64,000 nucleotides of DNA from positions 18,260,666-18,324,665 of the forward strand of contig OZ316891.1 of the NCBI GenBank assembly GCA_973895155.1, given 5' to 3'. Positions 1 to 11,914 of this stretch are shown piece by piece. The DNA comes from Marsupella aquatica. Lineage: Eukaryota > Plantae > Marchantiophyta. The stretch's first letter is position 1. Each line of letters starts with the position of its first letter. The position numbers were made by a program, and so were the translations under genes. A model generated the notes under the pieces. The model worked only from the letters and a program-made list of their open reading frames with translations, was not told where the DNA came from and did not search any database.

Positions 1-175
1 TCCATGACAAAACCTGGATCCACCAGGTTTCATCATTTTTAGTACCATTTTTCTGAAATTGTGTAACAAAGTTTCACCCTAAAGGAGAGAAATGTGAAAA
101 AGTGAGAAGTTTTGGACACTTCTTCATTTTATATGGACATCCATTTTATATGGACAGTGGTGGTTTAAAAATCCT
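1..175. repeat. Dispersed short repeat (probable DNA-transposon/MITE end); diverged copy at ~56546-56700
   Basis: Both loci share ccatgacaaaa(a)c-tgg-tccacca ... tttggacact ... tatatgg(a/c)cagtggtggtttaa in the same order. Confidence 0.6.
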
Positions 176-1914
176 AAACTATAATACAAGGTTGCGCCTT
201 TTTATGAAGTGGTCGTCATTCAAATTTGCAGTGTCCAAAAAACATTAATCATGTCAAAGAGAAAAACTAGTATGTGGGTCCAACTCAATTTTTTTAACAC
301 ATTGGTAATATTGTATTTGTTTGTTTTACTAATTCTCTTTCCTGGTCTTTCCTGGTTATCAAGTTTGCCAAAACTCTATGATGTGCCCAAATACAGTGCC
401 AAGAATTTGGAAGGAGCTTTTAGCGTGCTACATAATGTTGTCATCCTTTGTTTGTCTCCACCTCTCTCATGTTCTTTTCACTTCTCTAACATTGCAACTC
501 CTCACTGTAGCAATCACCTTGCTTGTTCGAGTGACAAATTATTCATCACAAGGGTGAGCAACAAACTATCTTGGAGGCAAGGAGCTAGGCAATCACCTGC
601 ACTTCATTGTCTTGCAATGTTTTTGTGCAATGGATAATTATGCATTGGACTTGTCTATAAAATTATAAGATGTTTTTAAAAGTATTTGAAGTTTGCATAA
701 TAAAAGTTTACATCACTAACAAACAAATTCATAAACTCAAAAACTATTTATAGCATTGGTTTTTTAATTGTTTTGTGGGGAGACAAGTATACTTTTTGTT
801 TGGAAAGTGTAATTTATTCATCATGATTTGTTTAGTAATGACAAAAACAAAATTCTCATCAATTTTAATGGCAAATGGAAACAAAGAAAAAACCCATAAG
901 TGTAGAATCATAATGATCATGTTGGGAAGAGAGTAACTTTATACACAGGCACCTTCATGAGAGAAGAAACATACTAACTTCATTTCTATTTTTTAAATGT
1001 ATGTTTTACTAATCAATAGAAAGTCATAGCCTTATTTTTGTAGAGATTTTATAATAATAGAATAGTTTAATGTTTTGAGAATTGAATATGCTAGTGAGTT
1101 TTGACATTATGCTTATGACTTTTTTGGTATGTATTCAAGGAATATGTTTGAATAAGGCCTAGGGGAGCTACACTCAAGTGACATACAAGATATTTTTTTA
1201 AGATTTCTCATGGTGACTACCATCAAGGTAAATGTTTATATCAGTGCATGTTTTTTATGACTAGAACTTGTGTTTATTTGTTATTTGTGAAGTGACTTGA
1301 TATTTTGTCCATTCAATTGACATGAGCAATTTTGTGTGAGTTTGTAGACAAATTTTGGCATCACTAAGAAACAACCCCAAGCTATCATCTAAGCTTGAAA
1401 TAGAGGTTTGTTTCTCTCTTTATTCCTTGTTGAATAAATGTGATTGTTAAAGTTGTTCACTCATAAAGCTAAATCAAGCATGGAATCTATCTATACTTTA
1501 AAATCCAATTTTCACTTATGTAATATTGATCATAATAGAGTTTATTTTCAAATAAATTATCAGATTAGCTAAAAATTTGTAGCATTATCATATATGGATG
1601 TGCAAATATTAGTATATTAATTATTTGCCACAACACTGAGAGCTTTTATTTGAATCAACACAATAGATTTATGCAATCTTAACAAAACTATAAGTAATTG
1701 TAATTTGCAATTTATTTGTAGAAAGCAATGCTCTTGGTAGGTAGATGAGTCTTTTGTAATCTTGTTTCATATTATTATGGTTATCTTAGGGTATTACATA
1801 TTAAGAAAGTGAAATTTGCCCTTTGTTGGATTCCAAAAAGCTCTTTGTACCTAAAATTATTCACTTTTAGTTTATTATCAATCGGGTACTATAATTATAA
1901 GGTCCATATCATAT

Positions 1915-2620
1915 GATTCAAGTTAAGGCAATAAACTATAGTACACACATATGCAGAGGTCGGTGTAATTTTTGACCCTAATTGTAACTTTAAAATCAAT
2001 ATAAGATTACAAGTTCAGGCATTCTGGTACACACATCTGCAAGGGTCGGTGTATTGTTTGACCCCAGTTGTAACTTCAAAATAAATATAAAGTTACAAGT
2101 TAAGGCATCCTGGTACACATATCTGCAAGGATCAGTGTACTGTTTGACCCCAACTGTAACTTATAAAATCAATATAAGGTTACAAGTTAAGGCATTCTGA
2201 TACACACATTCGCAAGGGTCGGTGTATTGTTTGACCCCATTTGTAACTTCAAAATCAATATAAAGTTACAAGTTAAGGCATTCTGGTACACACATCTACA
2301 AGGGTTGGTGTACTGTTTGACCCCAGTTGTAACTTATAAAATTTATGAGTATAAGGTAACTACAAGTTAAGACATTATGGTACACACATCTACAAGGGTT
2401 AGTGTACTGCTTGACCCTAGTTGTAAATTCAAAATCAAAATTAGGTTATCCGGGAAGGTTACAAGTCAAGGCATTTTGGTACACACATCTACAAGGGTCT
2501 GTCAACTTAGGGTTTGATCCCATTTGTAACTTCAAAATCAATAAGGTCATAAGTTAAAGCAATTGGTACACATATATTCAAGGGTTTGAGTATTGTTTGT
2601 CAAGTTGTAACTTAAAAACA
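1915..2620. repeat. Tandem array of ~8 diverged ~86-90 bp units
   Basis: Recurring gttacaagttaaggcattctggtacacacatct-caagggtcggtgtattgtttgacccc-ttgtaactt; the acacacat anchor recurs near 1943, 2029, 2115, 2202, 2288, 2382, 2481 and 2568. Confidence 0.9.
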
Positions 2621-3109
2621 AGGTTATAATACTCTAGAGTTTACATTCCAAAAATATAACATTCAATACCACTTCAAAACAATATTTTCATAACTAGACC
2701 CTTCCACATGTTAACATTGTAATAATCCTTGCATTAAACTTCAATGTAAGTTGCCCATGACCAAACCCTTGCTTATTCACCCCACCTTTCTCATGATTTT
2801 TCACCCCTATTTTTATTTCTAATATTCTTTCCCATTTTACTTGTATGGCATCAAGAGGTTGAGAGAATGCTTTATATGTTGCTTACCAAGCTTTTTTATT
2901 TTATTTTATTGCAATTAAATTGCCCTTTAAAATATACCTAATACCCAAGCTGGAGATTTCTCAAATATTGATTTTTTTCAAAGCTGACCTACTCCCCAAG
3001 TTCTTCTTATTCCTTAGGCACCATAAACGTCATAATCTAGTTATGTCAACATCCAAGCATGGATAGGTTTAGTTTAATAGAGTTGTTTGTGTCGAGAAGT
3101 GACATTACT

Positions 3110-3360
3110 CTTCACACGAGGTTTCACACACAAAAGCAACATAGATCATTGGATTCAAAACATCTAATGGTGTAAAAGTTCTTTTTGAGCTAAGAGACCA
3201 CACGCGTATTCACACACAAAATGAATCTGGATGGTTGGATTCATAACATCTAATGGGTAGGAAAGCTCATTTTCAGTTGAGAGGCCACACGAGCCTTCAC
3301 ACGAGTCTTCACACACAAAATGGATGTAGATGGTTGCATTCAAACCATCTAATGGCTGGA
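3110..3360. repeat. Three diverged ~90-100 bp tandem copies
   Basis: ttcacacacaaaa...gat(gg/ca)ttg(g/c)attca-aacatctaatgg occurs three times. Confidence 0.7.
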
Positions 3361-4199
3361 TATTTACAAGGTGATGTGGAATTTTGACAGAATTTTCAGA
3401 TTTACAGAAGTCTCTAACTGGACCCGTAAAAAGTTATATTAAATTTAGTGTGCACCAGAAACATAATAAATACATTTCAAACAAACGGGGAATCAAATGG
3501 GGACACAAAAGTAGGAAGCCAATGTTAGAACCAATTTGGCACACAAAACAAGAGAGTGAATGTACATGCATGAGTATCAAGGAGGTGTACACATGAAATA
3601 CAAAAGTATATAATATATATGATATTATATATTATTGCAAGTATTATAATATTATAAAATATAATAATGATAGTAATTTAATTAAAATAGGTGAATTAAA
3701 AATAGATTAGATTACAACGACCATATCAAAAGCTATAATAAAATGTTACTTTTTTTTATTATAGTAGTCATTCAAATTTGCAATATCCCAAAAATGAAAA
3801 ACATGAAAGAATGATTTCTTTTGTGAATGAAAATGGAGAGCAATGTTTCCAAGAAAAAGTTAATTTAATAGTACAAAGAAAATAAGGAGGGTCTCTAGCA
3901 ATGCAAGAGTATCAAGGAGACATCCCTTTACCATGTACCACTGACTACAATCTGATCGGGTCCCTTTACAAACTAAAAAAATGTGACAATCAATCTTGAA
4001 TGTTCATCAAAACATAATTTTTTATACACTTTAACATCCATCCATACACCCCTTCTAAAAATAAGTTCCTGCCCAAGTTACCCTTTAACCTTCCCATCCC
4101 TGCCACAATTGAAAACATTAATCAAATTTTAATTAAATTTATTAATATATAAATAATTATAATTTTTTTGAAATAATTTCAAATATAAATAAAATATAG

Positions 4200-5125
4200 A
4201 TAAAATATTTTCTCATTTTGACATCTTTTTTCATATTAAGATCTTCTCACCTCAAGATCTTTGCTCATCTTGACATATTTTTCTCACCTTGAGATCTTTT
4301 CTCACCTCAACATATATATTAGATTTGTCCCATTTTGCCATATTTTTCTCACCTGGTCATCTTTATCTCACCACAACATCTTTTTTCACCCTCAACATTT
4401 TTCCTCATATTGACATCTTTTTCTCATCTCACCATCTTTTCTCTGCTTGACTTATTTTTCTCACCTCTGAATGTTTTTCTCTAATATGACATCTTTTTCT
4501 CACCTTCCTATATTTTCTTTCCTTGACATATTTTTCTCAGCTTTTCTCTTATCGACATCTTTTCTCACCTTGATATATTTTCTCACCTCAACATGCATCA
4601 TTTGTGCAATGCACAGGTATCAGCACAGGTATCAGGCCCGATATGTATTTAACAACATCTTTTTACTTCATGACATTTTTCACATAAGAACATCATTCTT
4701 GGGAAACACAACATATAATTCTCTTAAGAGCATTTTGGGTGCCACAACACTTTCCTCTTAGTGACATCTTGGGGGACACTATATCTTAGGCGCCACAACA
4801 TCTATTTTCTTAACAATATCTTGGGCGCCATGATATCCTTATTTTAATGATATTTTGGGCAAAACAACATTTTTTTAGCGACATCTTTTGTGCAATGCAT
4901 GGGTAATTTCCCTCATCTTGGTCGACACGACATCTTTTTTTCAATGACATCTTGGCCGACATGAAAACATTTTTTTCAACGACCTCTTGGCCAACATGAC
5001 ATCTTTTTTCTCAATGACTTTTTCTCTCAACCACCTCTTGGCCGACACGACATTTTTTCTCTCCACGACATTTTTTTTTCTCAACGACATCTTGGCTGAC
5101 ACGACTTCTTTTGTGCAACGCACAG
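4200..5125. repeat. Degenerate minisatellite (~19-30 bp pyrimidine-rich units)
   Basis: Many variants of gacatctttttctcacct and gacatcttgg-c-acac; the ORFs over this region are by-products of the repeat. Confidence 0.75.
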
Positions 5126-5139
5126 GTATTGAGCTCGTG

Positions 5140-5492
5140 AGGTGATATTAAATTGGACAGTGGTGGTTCAAAAACGAGGTGGTATTAACTGGACAGAGGT
5201 GGTTCAAAAATGAGGTGGTATCAACTGGACAGTGCTGGTTTAAAAATGACGTGGTATTAAACCCCACCCCGCCCAAAACAACCTATGCTACTCCCTACAC
5301 TCATGCTTGTTAGGCGGAAAAAAAAATCACAAGTGCAAGACGTCTTGTAAAGCCATGGTATTAACTGGACAGTGGTGGTTCAAAAATGAGGTGGTATTGA
5401 ACCCTACCCTGCCCAAAACAACCTATGCTACTCCCTACACTCATGCTTGTTAGGCGAAAAAAATCACAAGTGCAAGACGTCTTGTAAAGCCA
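5140..5492. repeat. Short tandem repeats plus a ~140 bp direct duplication immediately upstream of CBP20
   Basis: ggacag(t/a)g(g/c)tggtt(c/t)aaaaa occurs four times; accc-acc-gcccaaaacaacctatgctactccc...cgtcttgtaaagcc is present at ~5261 and ~5401. Confidence 0.85.
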
Positions 5493-5734
5493 CCCGGAGA
5501 TTTGAACCCGTCTCGTCTGCGCCACATTCGTCACTATCCTCGTGTAAACAACGACGACAAGAGCAGCAGTAGCAGTAGACGAGACGAAATACACGAGAAC
5601 AGAATGTCGGGGCTGAAGGAGGCTGGCGCCGAACGAAAGTGCTGCTCCTCTCCCGAATGCCAAATTTGAGGAGAAGAGGAGGAGCATTTTGAATAAAGCG
5701 ATTGCAGGAGGAGGTGGAGGAGGGAAATCGAGCC

Positions 5735-6535
5735 ATGGCTCGGCTGTTCAAGAATCCGGAGCAGCTCTCAGCGTACCGAGATCGGCGCTTCACAGGGTCG
5801 CAGGATGAATTCGAGGTCGCGCTTCGCACTTCGGTGACGGTGTACGTGGGAAACCTATCTTTCTACACCACGGAGGAGCAGATCTACGAGGTGTTCTCGC
5901 GGACGGGCGAAATCAAGAAGATAATCATGGGGCTGGACAAGAACTCGAAGACGCCCTGCGGGTTCTGCTTCGTGACTTATTATACGAGAGACGACGCCGA
6001 CGACTCCGTGAAGTACATCAGCGGAACGATTCTGGACGACCGGCCAATTCGGGTGGACTTCGATTGGGGCTTTCAGGAGGGACGGCAGTGGGGGCGGGGC
6101 AGGAGCGGGGGCCAAGTGCGGGACGAGTACCGCACTGATTATGATCCTGGCAGAGGAGGTTATGGCAAGATAGTGCAGAAGGAGCTGGAGTCTCGCAGGC
6201 AGCTTGTAGACTATGAAACTCCGGTCGGTGGCCTCGGAGCTGTGCCAAGTTATAACCCTAGACATGAAGGGAGAACGTTGGCTGAGAGGCTGGGGCCTTA
6301 TGGTGGCAACGGTGGTGGTGGTGGTGGAGGAGGAGGTGGTGGTGGTGGGGGCGGAGGGGGAGGGGGAGGGGGAGGGCATCGTAATAGAGGAGGTGGCTTC
6401 AAGAGAAGGCAGAGGGAGGAAGATCAGGCTCCAGCTGATGGTGTGAAAAGAGTAGACCGCGGTGCCAGACCTGAGCGGAATCCAAGGTTTCGGGAGAAGG
6501 GGGATTCTGACGAAGAGGACGGTGGAAAAAATTGA
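5735..6535 (+). CDS. CBP20: Nuclear cap-binding protein subunit 2 (CBP20/NCBP2), 266 aa, intronless
   Basis: ATG in gccATGg context. RRM with [35 protein letters not shown] and [36 protein letters not shown]. Plant-type C-terminal tail [14 protein letters not shown]. Confidence 0.97.
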   Translation: MARLFKNPEQLSAYRDRRFTGSQDEFEVALRTSVTVYVGNLSFYTTEEQIYEVFSRTGEIKKIIMGLDKNSKTPCGFCFVTYYTRDDADDSVKYISGTILDDRPIRVDFDWGFQEGRQWGRGRSGGQVRDEYRTDYDPGRGGYGKIVQKELESRRQLVDYETPVGGLGAVPSYNPRHEGRTLAERLGPYGGNGGGGGGGGGGGGGGGGGGGGGGHRNRGGGFKRRQREEDQAPADGVKRVDRGARPERNPRFREKGDSDEEDGGKN

Positions 6536-8633
6536 TACCGCCTGTAGGGTTTCAGTCACTCTGAAATGCGTAGATTCTGATGAAGGTCCAGGTGGAGAAA
6601 AATCCATATGGCCTATAGGATTTAGTCACATACGAGAGCGCGGAAACAGATTCAACTTAGTTGTATATTAACGTGTTTTTTAGGTCACTGTGAGGATTCC
6701 GATGAGGATTATGGAGAGTCTACCAGATTTAAGCACACCATTTGTATACCAGACTGCTGGTGTTTGAAATTGATCGTCAATGATTGATCTCCCAATCGGT
6801 AGGAGAAAATCTGTCAATTCAAACTGGCTTCGCAGGGTAATTCTCTTACGTGTGAAACAAGGAGAACAGGAGGATAGACTGAAGTGTAAATTAGAGGACT
6901 GTGATCTTCTAGATCAGGGTGAGATTTGAAATGAGGAAAATGCACAGGCAATCTTGATTTCAGCGTACCAGTTGCTACATCCAAGTACTGTATCAAAGTG
7001 GTCATGGGCTTGAATCATATATGCGGTAGCATCAGGAGGTTTCTATGTTAGGATTTTGTCGAGATAACTCACCCGCCGGTTCTTACCAATTTTGTCAGCA
7101 GCAGGTGTGATTGTGCAACCGCCGCTGGTATGCCTAAAAATCGGGATTGCCTTGAGCATTCCGCTTTGAGTGGGTTTGAAAAATCAAAATATATAAAGAA
7201 GCAATTCATTAGGCTCGCGAAATCAATCCTGCTCCATGAAATAGTTGCTTGGGTTTTTCAGATGACACTCTTTTGATTTGTCGCCATTCTCCTCCTTTGA
7301 TTTCTGTCACCATTCTCCGAATGGATGCCCGCTTCAGAACACTATTCTCAGGGTTCCACAGTATATCACGTTCGGCCTTCTTGGCTCTGCGATTTTACTT
7401 TACTTCTACCTCTATTGCTTCACGCCTTAATTATCCCGCACTAATAAGGCCCGCTTGGTAGTCGAAATGGAGTGTAGACATGGGCTCCCTAAAGAATCAC
7501 CCGTCAAGACGTGAAGTGCAGTATATAGACTGCAGTATACAGCAGGCCTTCCGTGTGGGTTTCTCATCGCGTGCATACCGCACTCGCCATTCATATGAAG
7601 GCATATGTCATACTTTATCTGGTGACTTGTTGCAACATACTTTGCGCTATTTCTCTATAGAGGAAACGGCCATAACACACAGGTATTTGCACACAGCAGG
7701 TAGTTTCCAATGCCTAACTGAGAGCCATGCCCAGGATCAAACGAAGTATACTGTATACCACTAAAAATAATTAATTCCAGAATCACACGCCCGCTGTCCT
7801 TTCCAGTGGACTAGTGTTGCTCGTACCTATGGCAGTTAATGTGGGTGTACAAACGGGTCTTGAATATATCTGTCTTGGGGCAAGATGTTTAGAATTTACA
7901 TCGTGCTGAATTATCAGCGTACTGCTGTTGCCAACGACCCCGACCGTCGATTTATTCAGAAAATTGTATATCAATGTTCCGAAGTGAACAACATAGTCAA
8001 TTTGGAACTCCAAACTTTCAAAACTCTTTTAAAACTACTGTAGATATATTGTGCATCACTTGATGTATTGCTGGGGGTCTACTGCAATACATCAATGTTG
8101 TACGGTGAAGACGTTCTCTAGTATGTGAAGCTGCATCCAGAGTTTCACAGAATTAAGAGTATGAAAACTATGATATGGCTGCGAAGAATCAAGATGACCA
8201 ACAGAATCTTCCGTCATAGCTTCCCTGACATTGACAATTATATTGCTATGTACGTGTGGCTTCGGTCAGGAGTACAGAGCTTTCTTTCAGGGTATGTGAA
8301 CTTATTCAAGGATTTCTCTTCCTTCTGTCCAGTTCAACGACTTCCTGAGGTCTCCTTCCAGAATTGTGCTGTTCAACATGGATTTCTAATTCTTGCAAAT
8401 AATCAGTGTCCTACAACAAAACGTCTACATAGAAATTAATGCTCCAAAACATGATTTGGTATTATTGCTGGGTCTACTGCAAACACTTTGTTTGAAGACC
8501 AACCTGGATAAATCCTGCTAGCTTCTCCTTCGGACAGAGTAACTAATCCTACTGACATTTTACAAACATCCACTCTCTACTAGAGCTAAAACACATCACA
8601 TTTCTAAACGATCAATATGACCGGCTGTGCTTC

Positions 8634-8670
8634 TTCTACTACTACTACTACTACTACTACTAGTACTACA
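8634..8670. repeat. (CTA)n microsatellite in the COX10 3' region
   Basis: Run of ctactactacta..., about 9-10 units. Confidence 0.9.
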
Positions 8671-8747
8671 ACAGTAAATATGGACCGGACCAAGATCAGT
8701 TGAGCTCGATAACGTCCATCGATACATGTGTTCCTGACAACACGCAA

Positions 8748-10316
8748 TTAATAATAATCTGGGGCCGGAAGAAAAGGAAAGGGGGCAGCAGATATGCGTG
8801 AAATGGGAGGTGGAGGCAGGTCTGTCCCTCTCCTATGCTGTGCTGTCCTTTTCTGTTCTGAATCACCTGTCGTATGAGCACTTAGTAATGGACGAGGAAA
8901 ATTGTGGAACTCTCGAGTTTCATGGGCATCAATTGTAGCAAATTGTTCGGATTTTACATTCGAATTTGGAATCCGGTGAACAACCATGGCAGTCATCAAA
9001 ATTGGAAGGTACAACAGGCTTGTTCGAAAGAGCTTGCGAGCAGATTCAGGGCCCGGTCGGTGGTAAAAAAGAGCAGCAGCTGCACCTATACCAGCTGTGA
9101 GGACAAGATTCTCGACTCCAAAATATCCAGATGTAGTGCCCCACTGTTGGGCAAGGAACCCCAAAGGAAGAAGATATACACAATTGCGTAGAGCACACAA
9201 AGCTGTTCTTTTGCCCGAAGAATCCAGCAAGGACAGCATTTTGTAGCCTCCTGCAGTATAATCCCTCCTGAAAAGAAATGCCAGAGCCATGAAATGTGGA
9301 ATCTGCCAAAAATACAGAGCAGAGGCGAGAACCCATGCTCCTGCATCAACCTGACCACTGGCTGCAGCCCAGCCAAGTAGTGGTGGAATGCCACCCACAA
9401 CTGCCCCAACCCACGTGTTGATATAATGAATTTGCTTCAAAGGTGTGTACACTAGTGAGTACAGCAATATATTCGCTGCTCCCAGTTCTGCAGCCACAGC
9501 AGAGGTTTTGAAGGCCAACAAATAGACCCCAGTGATGCCAGCAGTCACAGCGAATGCCAGAGCATGAGCCGTGCTCATCCGCCCTGCTGGCAAGGGCCTT
9601 CGCATTGTCCGCTTCATTCTTCCGTCATTTGCCACTTCCAAAATCTGATTCAATGCATTGGCAGAAGAAGCAGCCAGCATAGTACCCACCGACGTCCAAG
9701 CAAGACCCATCCAATTCACCACCTCTCCACTACCCATCACATATCCCACAGCTGCTGTTGAAGTTACGAACAAACTCAGGTGAGCTTTCGAGAGCTGGCG
9801 ATAACAATCCCCATAAAACCGAATCACCTGAAGAATTCCACTTTGCCCTGTCAAATTAATCGCCCCAGTATTAGCACTGCCAGATACGAGAGATGCTGCT
9901 GCCACTTGCCCTGCTCCGACTCCTCCTCCGCTCACAACAGTAGGCTTCACTTTGGCAAACTTTGCAGCTTCCATAAACCATCGCGAACTGAATTTCGGGC
10001 TGCCATGAGGCCCCTCAACAGAGAATCCCAGACGATTTGGCCTGGCTACGAATGTTCGCCTCAATGCATACGACGAACCAAATCCAACAAAGCTAAGCAA
10101 ATCCTCTTTGCTCGCACCATTTTGCGCGCATCTCAGGCGACAAAGATGCGAAACCTCCGATGAAAAATCTCTACCTGTACTCCACACAGGATAACGGAGA
10201 TTTTCACCGAGAGAGGGCAATCTGTGTTCTACAACGTCCCTCAAGCCTCGGGTAGCGAATTTCACCAACCCTGTGCCAACCCTAAACGCCCTCTTTCCCC
10301 CTTCTCCCATCATCAT
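8748..10316 (-). CDS. COX10: Mitochondrial protoheme IX farnesyltransferase (heme O synthase, UbiA family), ~522 aa, intronless
   Basis: Motifs LSKAHLS, ANALNQILEVANDGRMKRTMRRPLPAG, YSLVYTPLKQ, NTWVGAVVGGIPPLLGW and WQIPHFMALA. Long basic N-terminal extension consistent with a targeting peptide. First ATG at 10316 (the ORF track starts at an upstream TTG). Confidence 0.95.
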   Translation of the reverse strand: MMMGEGGKRAFRVGTGLVKFATRGLRDVVEHRLPSLGENLRYPVWSTGRDFSSEVSHLCRLRCAQNGASKEDLLSFVGFGSSYALRRTFVARPNRLGFSVEGPHGSPKFSSRWFMEAAKFAKVKPTVVSGGGVGAGQVAAASLVSGSANTGAINLTGQSGILQVIRFYGDCYRQLSKAHLSLFVTSTAAVGYVMGSGEVVNWMGLAWTSVGTMLAASSANALNQILEVANDGRMKRTMRRPLPAGRMSTAHALAFAVTAGITGVYLLAFKTSAVAAELGAANILLYSLVYTPLKQIHYINTWVGAVVGGIPPLLGWAAASGQVDAGAWVLASALYFWQIPHFMALAFLFRRDYTAGGYKMLSLLDSSGKRTALCALRNCVYLLPLGFLAQQWGTTSGYFGVENLVLTAGIGAAAALFYHRPGPESARKLFRTSLLYLPILMTAMVVHRIPNSNVKSEQFATIDAHETREFHNFPRPLLSAHTTGDSEQKRTAQHRRGTDLPPPPISRISAAPFPFLPAPDYY

Positions 10317-10984
10317 CCACAAGGACTCCAGCAGAAGCAGGAGAACCCTAATAGTCCTCTAGGAAGACATCGTAGAATTATTCTCAATAAGACCGTCGAT
10401 CCCAACCTTCCACTTCTCCGGCGGATCCGTTCATCTCGTAGATAAGCTCCATTTCTCAGCTAGAGGATTACATGTAGTCATCATATTTCAAGTCTTTCAT
10501 TCTCGCCCACCTTCTGGAGTCGGTCTGCTGGTTAACACATGCTCAGGTCCAAAGAGAGATCATCGAATTCCAGAAAACAACAACAACACGAGGAGAAACG
10601 AAGAAAAGAGCTAGCACGCCTGCCACAAGCCTGGTTTTTCGCTATGGAGTTGTGAACTGCAGAAGAGGACGGGTTCCAGCCATTGCTACAATTCCGAGAC
10701 GATTTCGAGAACCCAATTGTCACAACCCTGATTCGATAGATTTCGGATCTTCAACCTCCACTCCCGCTTGGAAGACATCTCCAGGTTCGCCACCTTTTCG
10801 GAAGTGAGATACAGAGCTCATGCACAAAGAAGGGCAGACTGAAATCAAGTGTAAAACACTGGGGAATGGATGCGTCAACTGTCCTGAATCTGCAACCCTC
10901 GCTCTCGACTCTCTACTCTCGAGGGATCGAATTGGTGACGAATCTCATCTTGTGTGAAGGAGAAATGCTAAGAATGTTAGTCAC

Positions 10985-11620
10985 AGAATATTCCTAGATT
11001 AATTTTGACTCTTAGACATCTCTAGATATTAATATTCCTAGATTAATTTGGACTCTTAGATGTCTCTAGATTTAAGGATGACTGTGGATAATTTTTACTC
11101 TTAGATTTCTCTTGATAATAATATTTCTAGATTTCAACTCTTAGATCTCTCCATATTTAAGAATGACTGTTGGATTCTGGCTATTGGGGTGTGTGGCTAC
11201 ATGAGAAATAGATGAGAAACGGGCTAGTTGAAGACAAACAGCCTGGCTAATCTTTGCCAAAACTGCAATATTATTATTTTGACTTTCAGACCTCTCTAGA
11301 TTTGAGAATGAGTGTCAGATTTTAGCTATTAGGGTCTGTGGCTAGGTGAGAAACTGGCAGTTAAAACAAAAAGCTGGGCCAATCTTTGCCAAAAGTGCAG
11401 TATTCCAAGATTAATTTGACCCTTAGATCTCACTAGATTTAAGGTTGCCAACAGTGTAATATTCCAACATAAATTTTGACCCTTACATCTCACCAGATTA
11501 TGGATGGCTGACAGATTTTGGCTGTTGGGATTGGGGCTAGGGTAGTTGAAGACAATTACAAAAGCTTGGCCAATCTTTGACAAAAGTGGGAACAGCAGTG
11601 AGGTGGAATTTGGCCAATAT
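10985..11620. repeat. Degenerate repeat family with internal tandem units; related sequence at ~22830-23030
   Basis: Repeated ttcctagattaattt-gactcttaga-ctctagattt-ag and aatctttgccaaaa; similar ctagatttaaggttg...gccaaaagtgg...gaatttggc upstream of DXS. Confidence 0.55.
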
Positions 11621-11695
11621 AACCGCTCAAAGAAAGGCTGACCTGTATTATTCATACAAAACCAGAAGTTGAAGCTTGGATGGATACAAAGGTTT

Positions 11696-11914
11696 GATGT
11701 GATGCCCGGATAGACATGTGAAACCCTGATCTACACAAATATTAGGTGGAAGTGTGAAGTTTGGATGGATGTAAAATTTTGAGGTAATACTCGAACCTCC
11801 AACGTGTGATGTGATGCCTAGATAGACGTGTGAAACCCTGATCGACACAAATAATTAAGTGGAAGTGTGAAGTTTGGATGGATGTAAAATTTTGAGGTAA
11901 TACTCGGACCTCCA
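11696..11914. repeat. Near-perfect tandem duplication (~112 bp x2)
   Basis: tgatgtgatgcc...gtggaagtgtgaagtttggatggatgtaaaattttgaggtaatactcg-acctccaa is present twice. Confidence 0.9.

Noticed and set aside
209-1420. Protein-coding gene or transposase in the AT-rich left end
   Set aside because: No recognisable domain and no exon chain could be assembled; possibly highly decayed transposon sequence.
1915-2620. CRISPR-like repeat-spacer array
   Set aside because: Whole units are homologous, so there are no unique spacers.
5855-6607. 250-aa antisense ORF over CBP20, and similar antisense ORFs over DXS, COX10, PP2C and the element ORF
   Set aside because: These are shadow ORFs of GC-rich coding sequence with no recognisable motifs.
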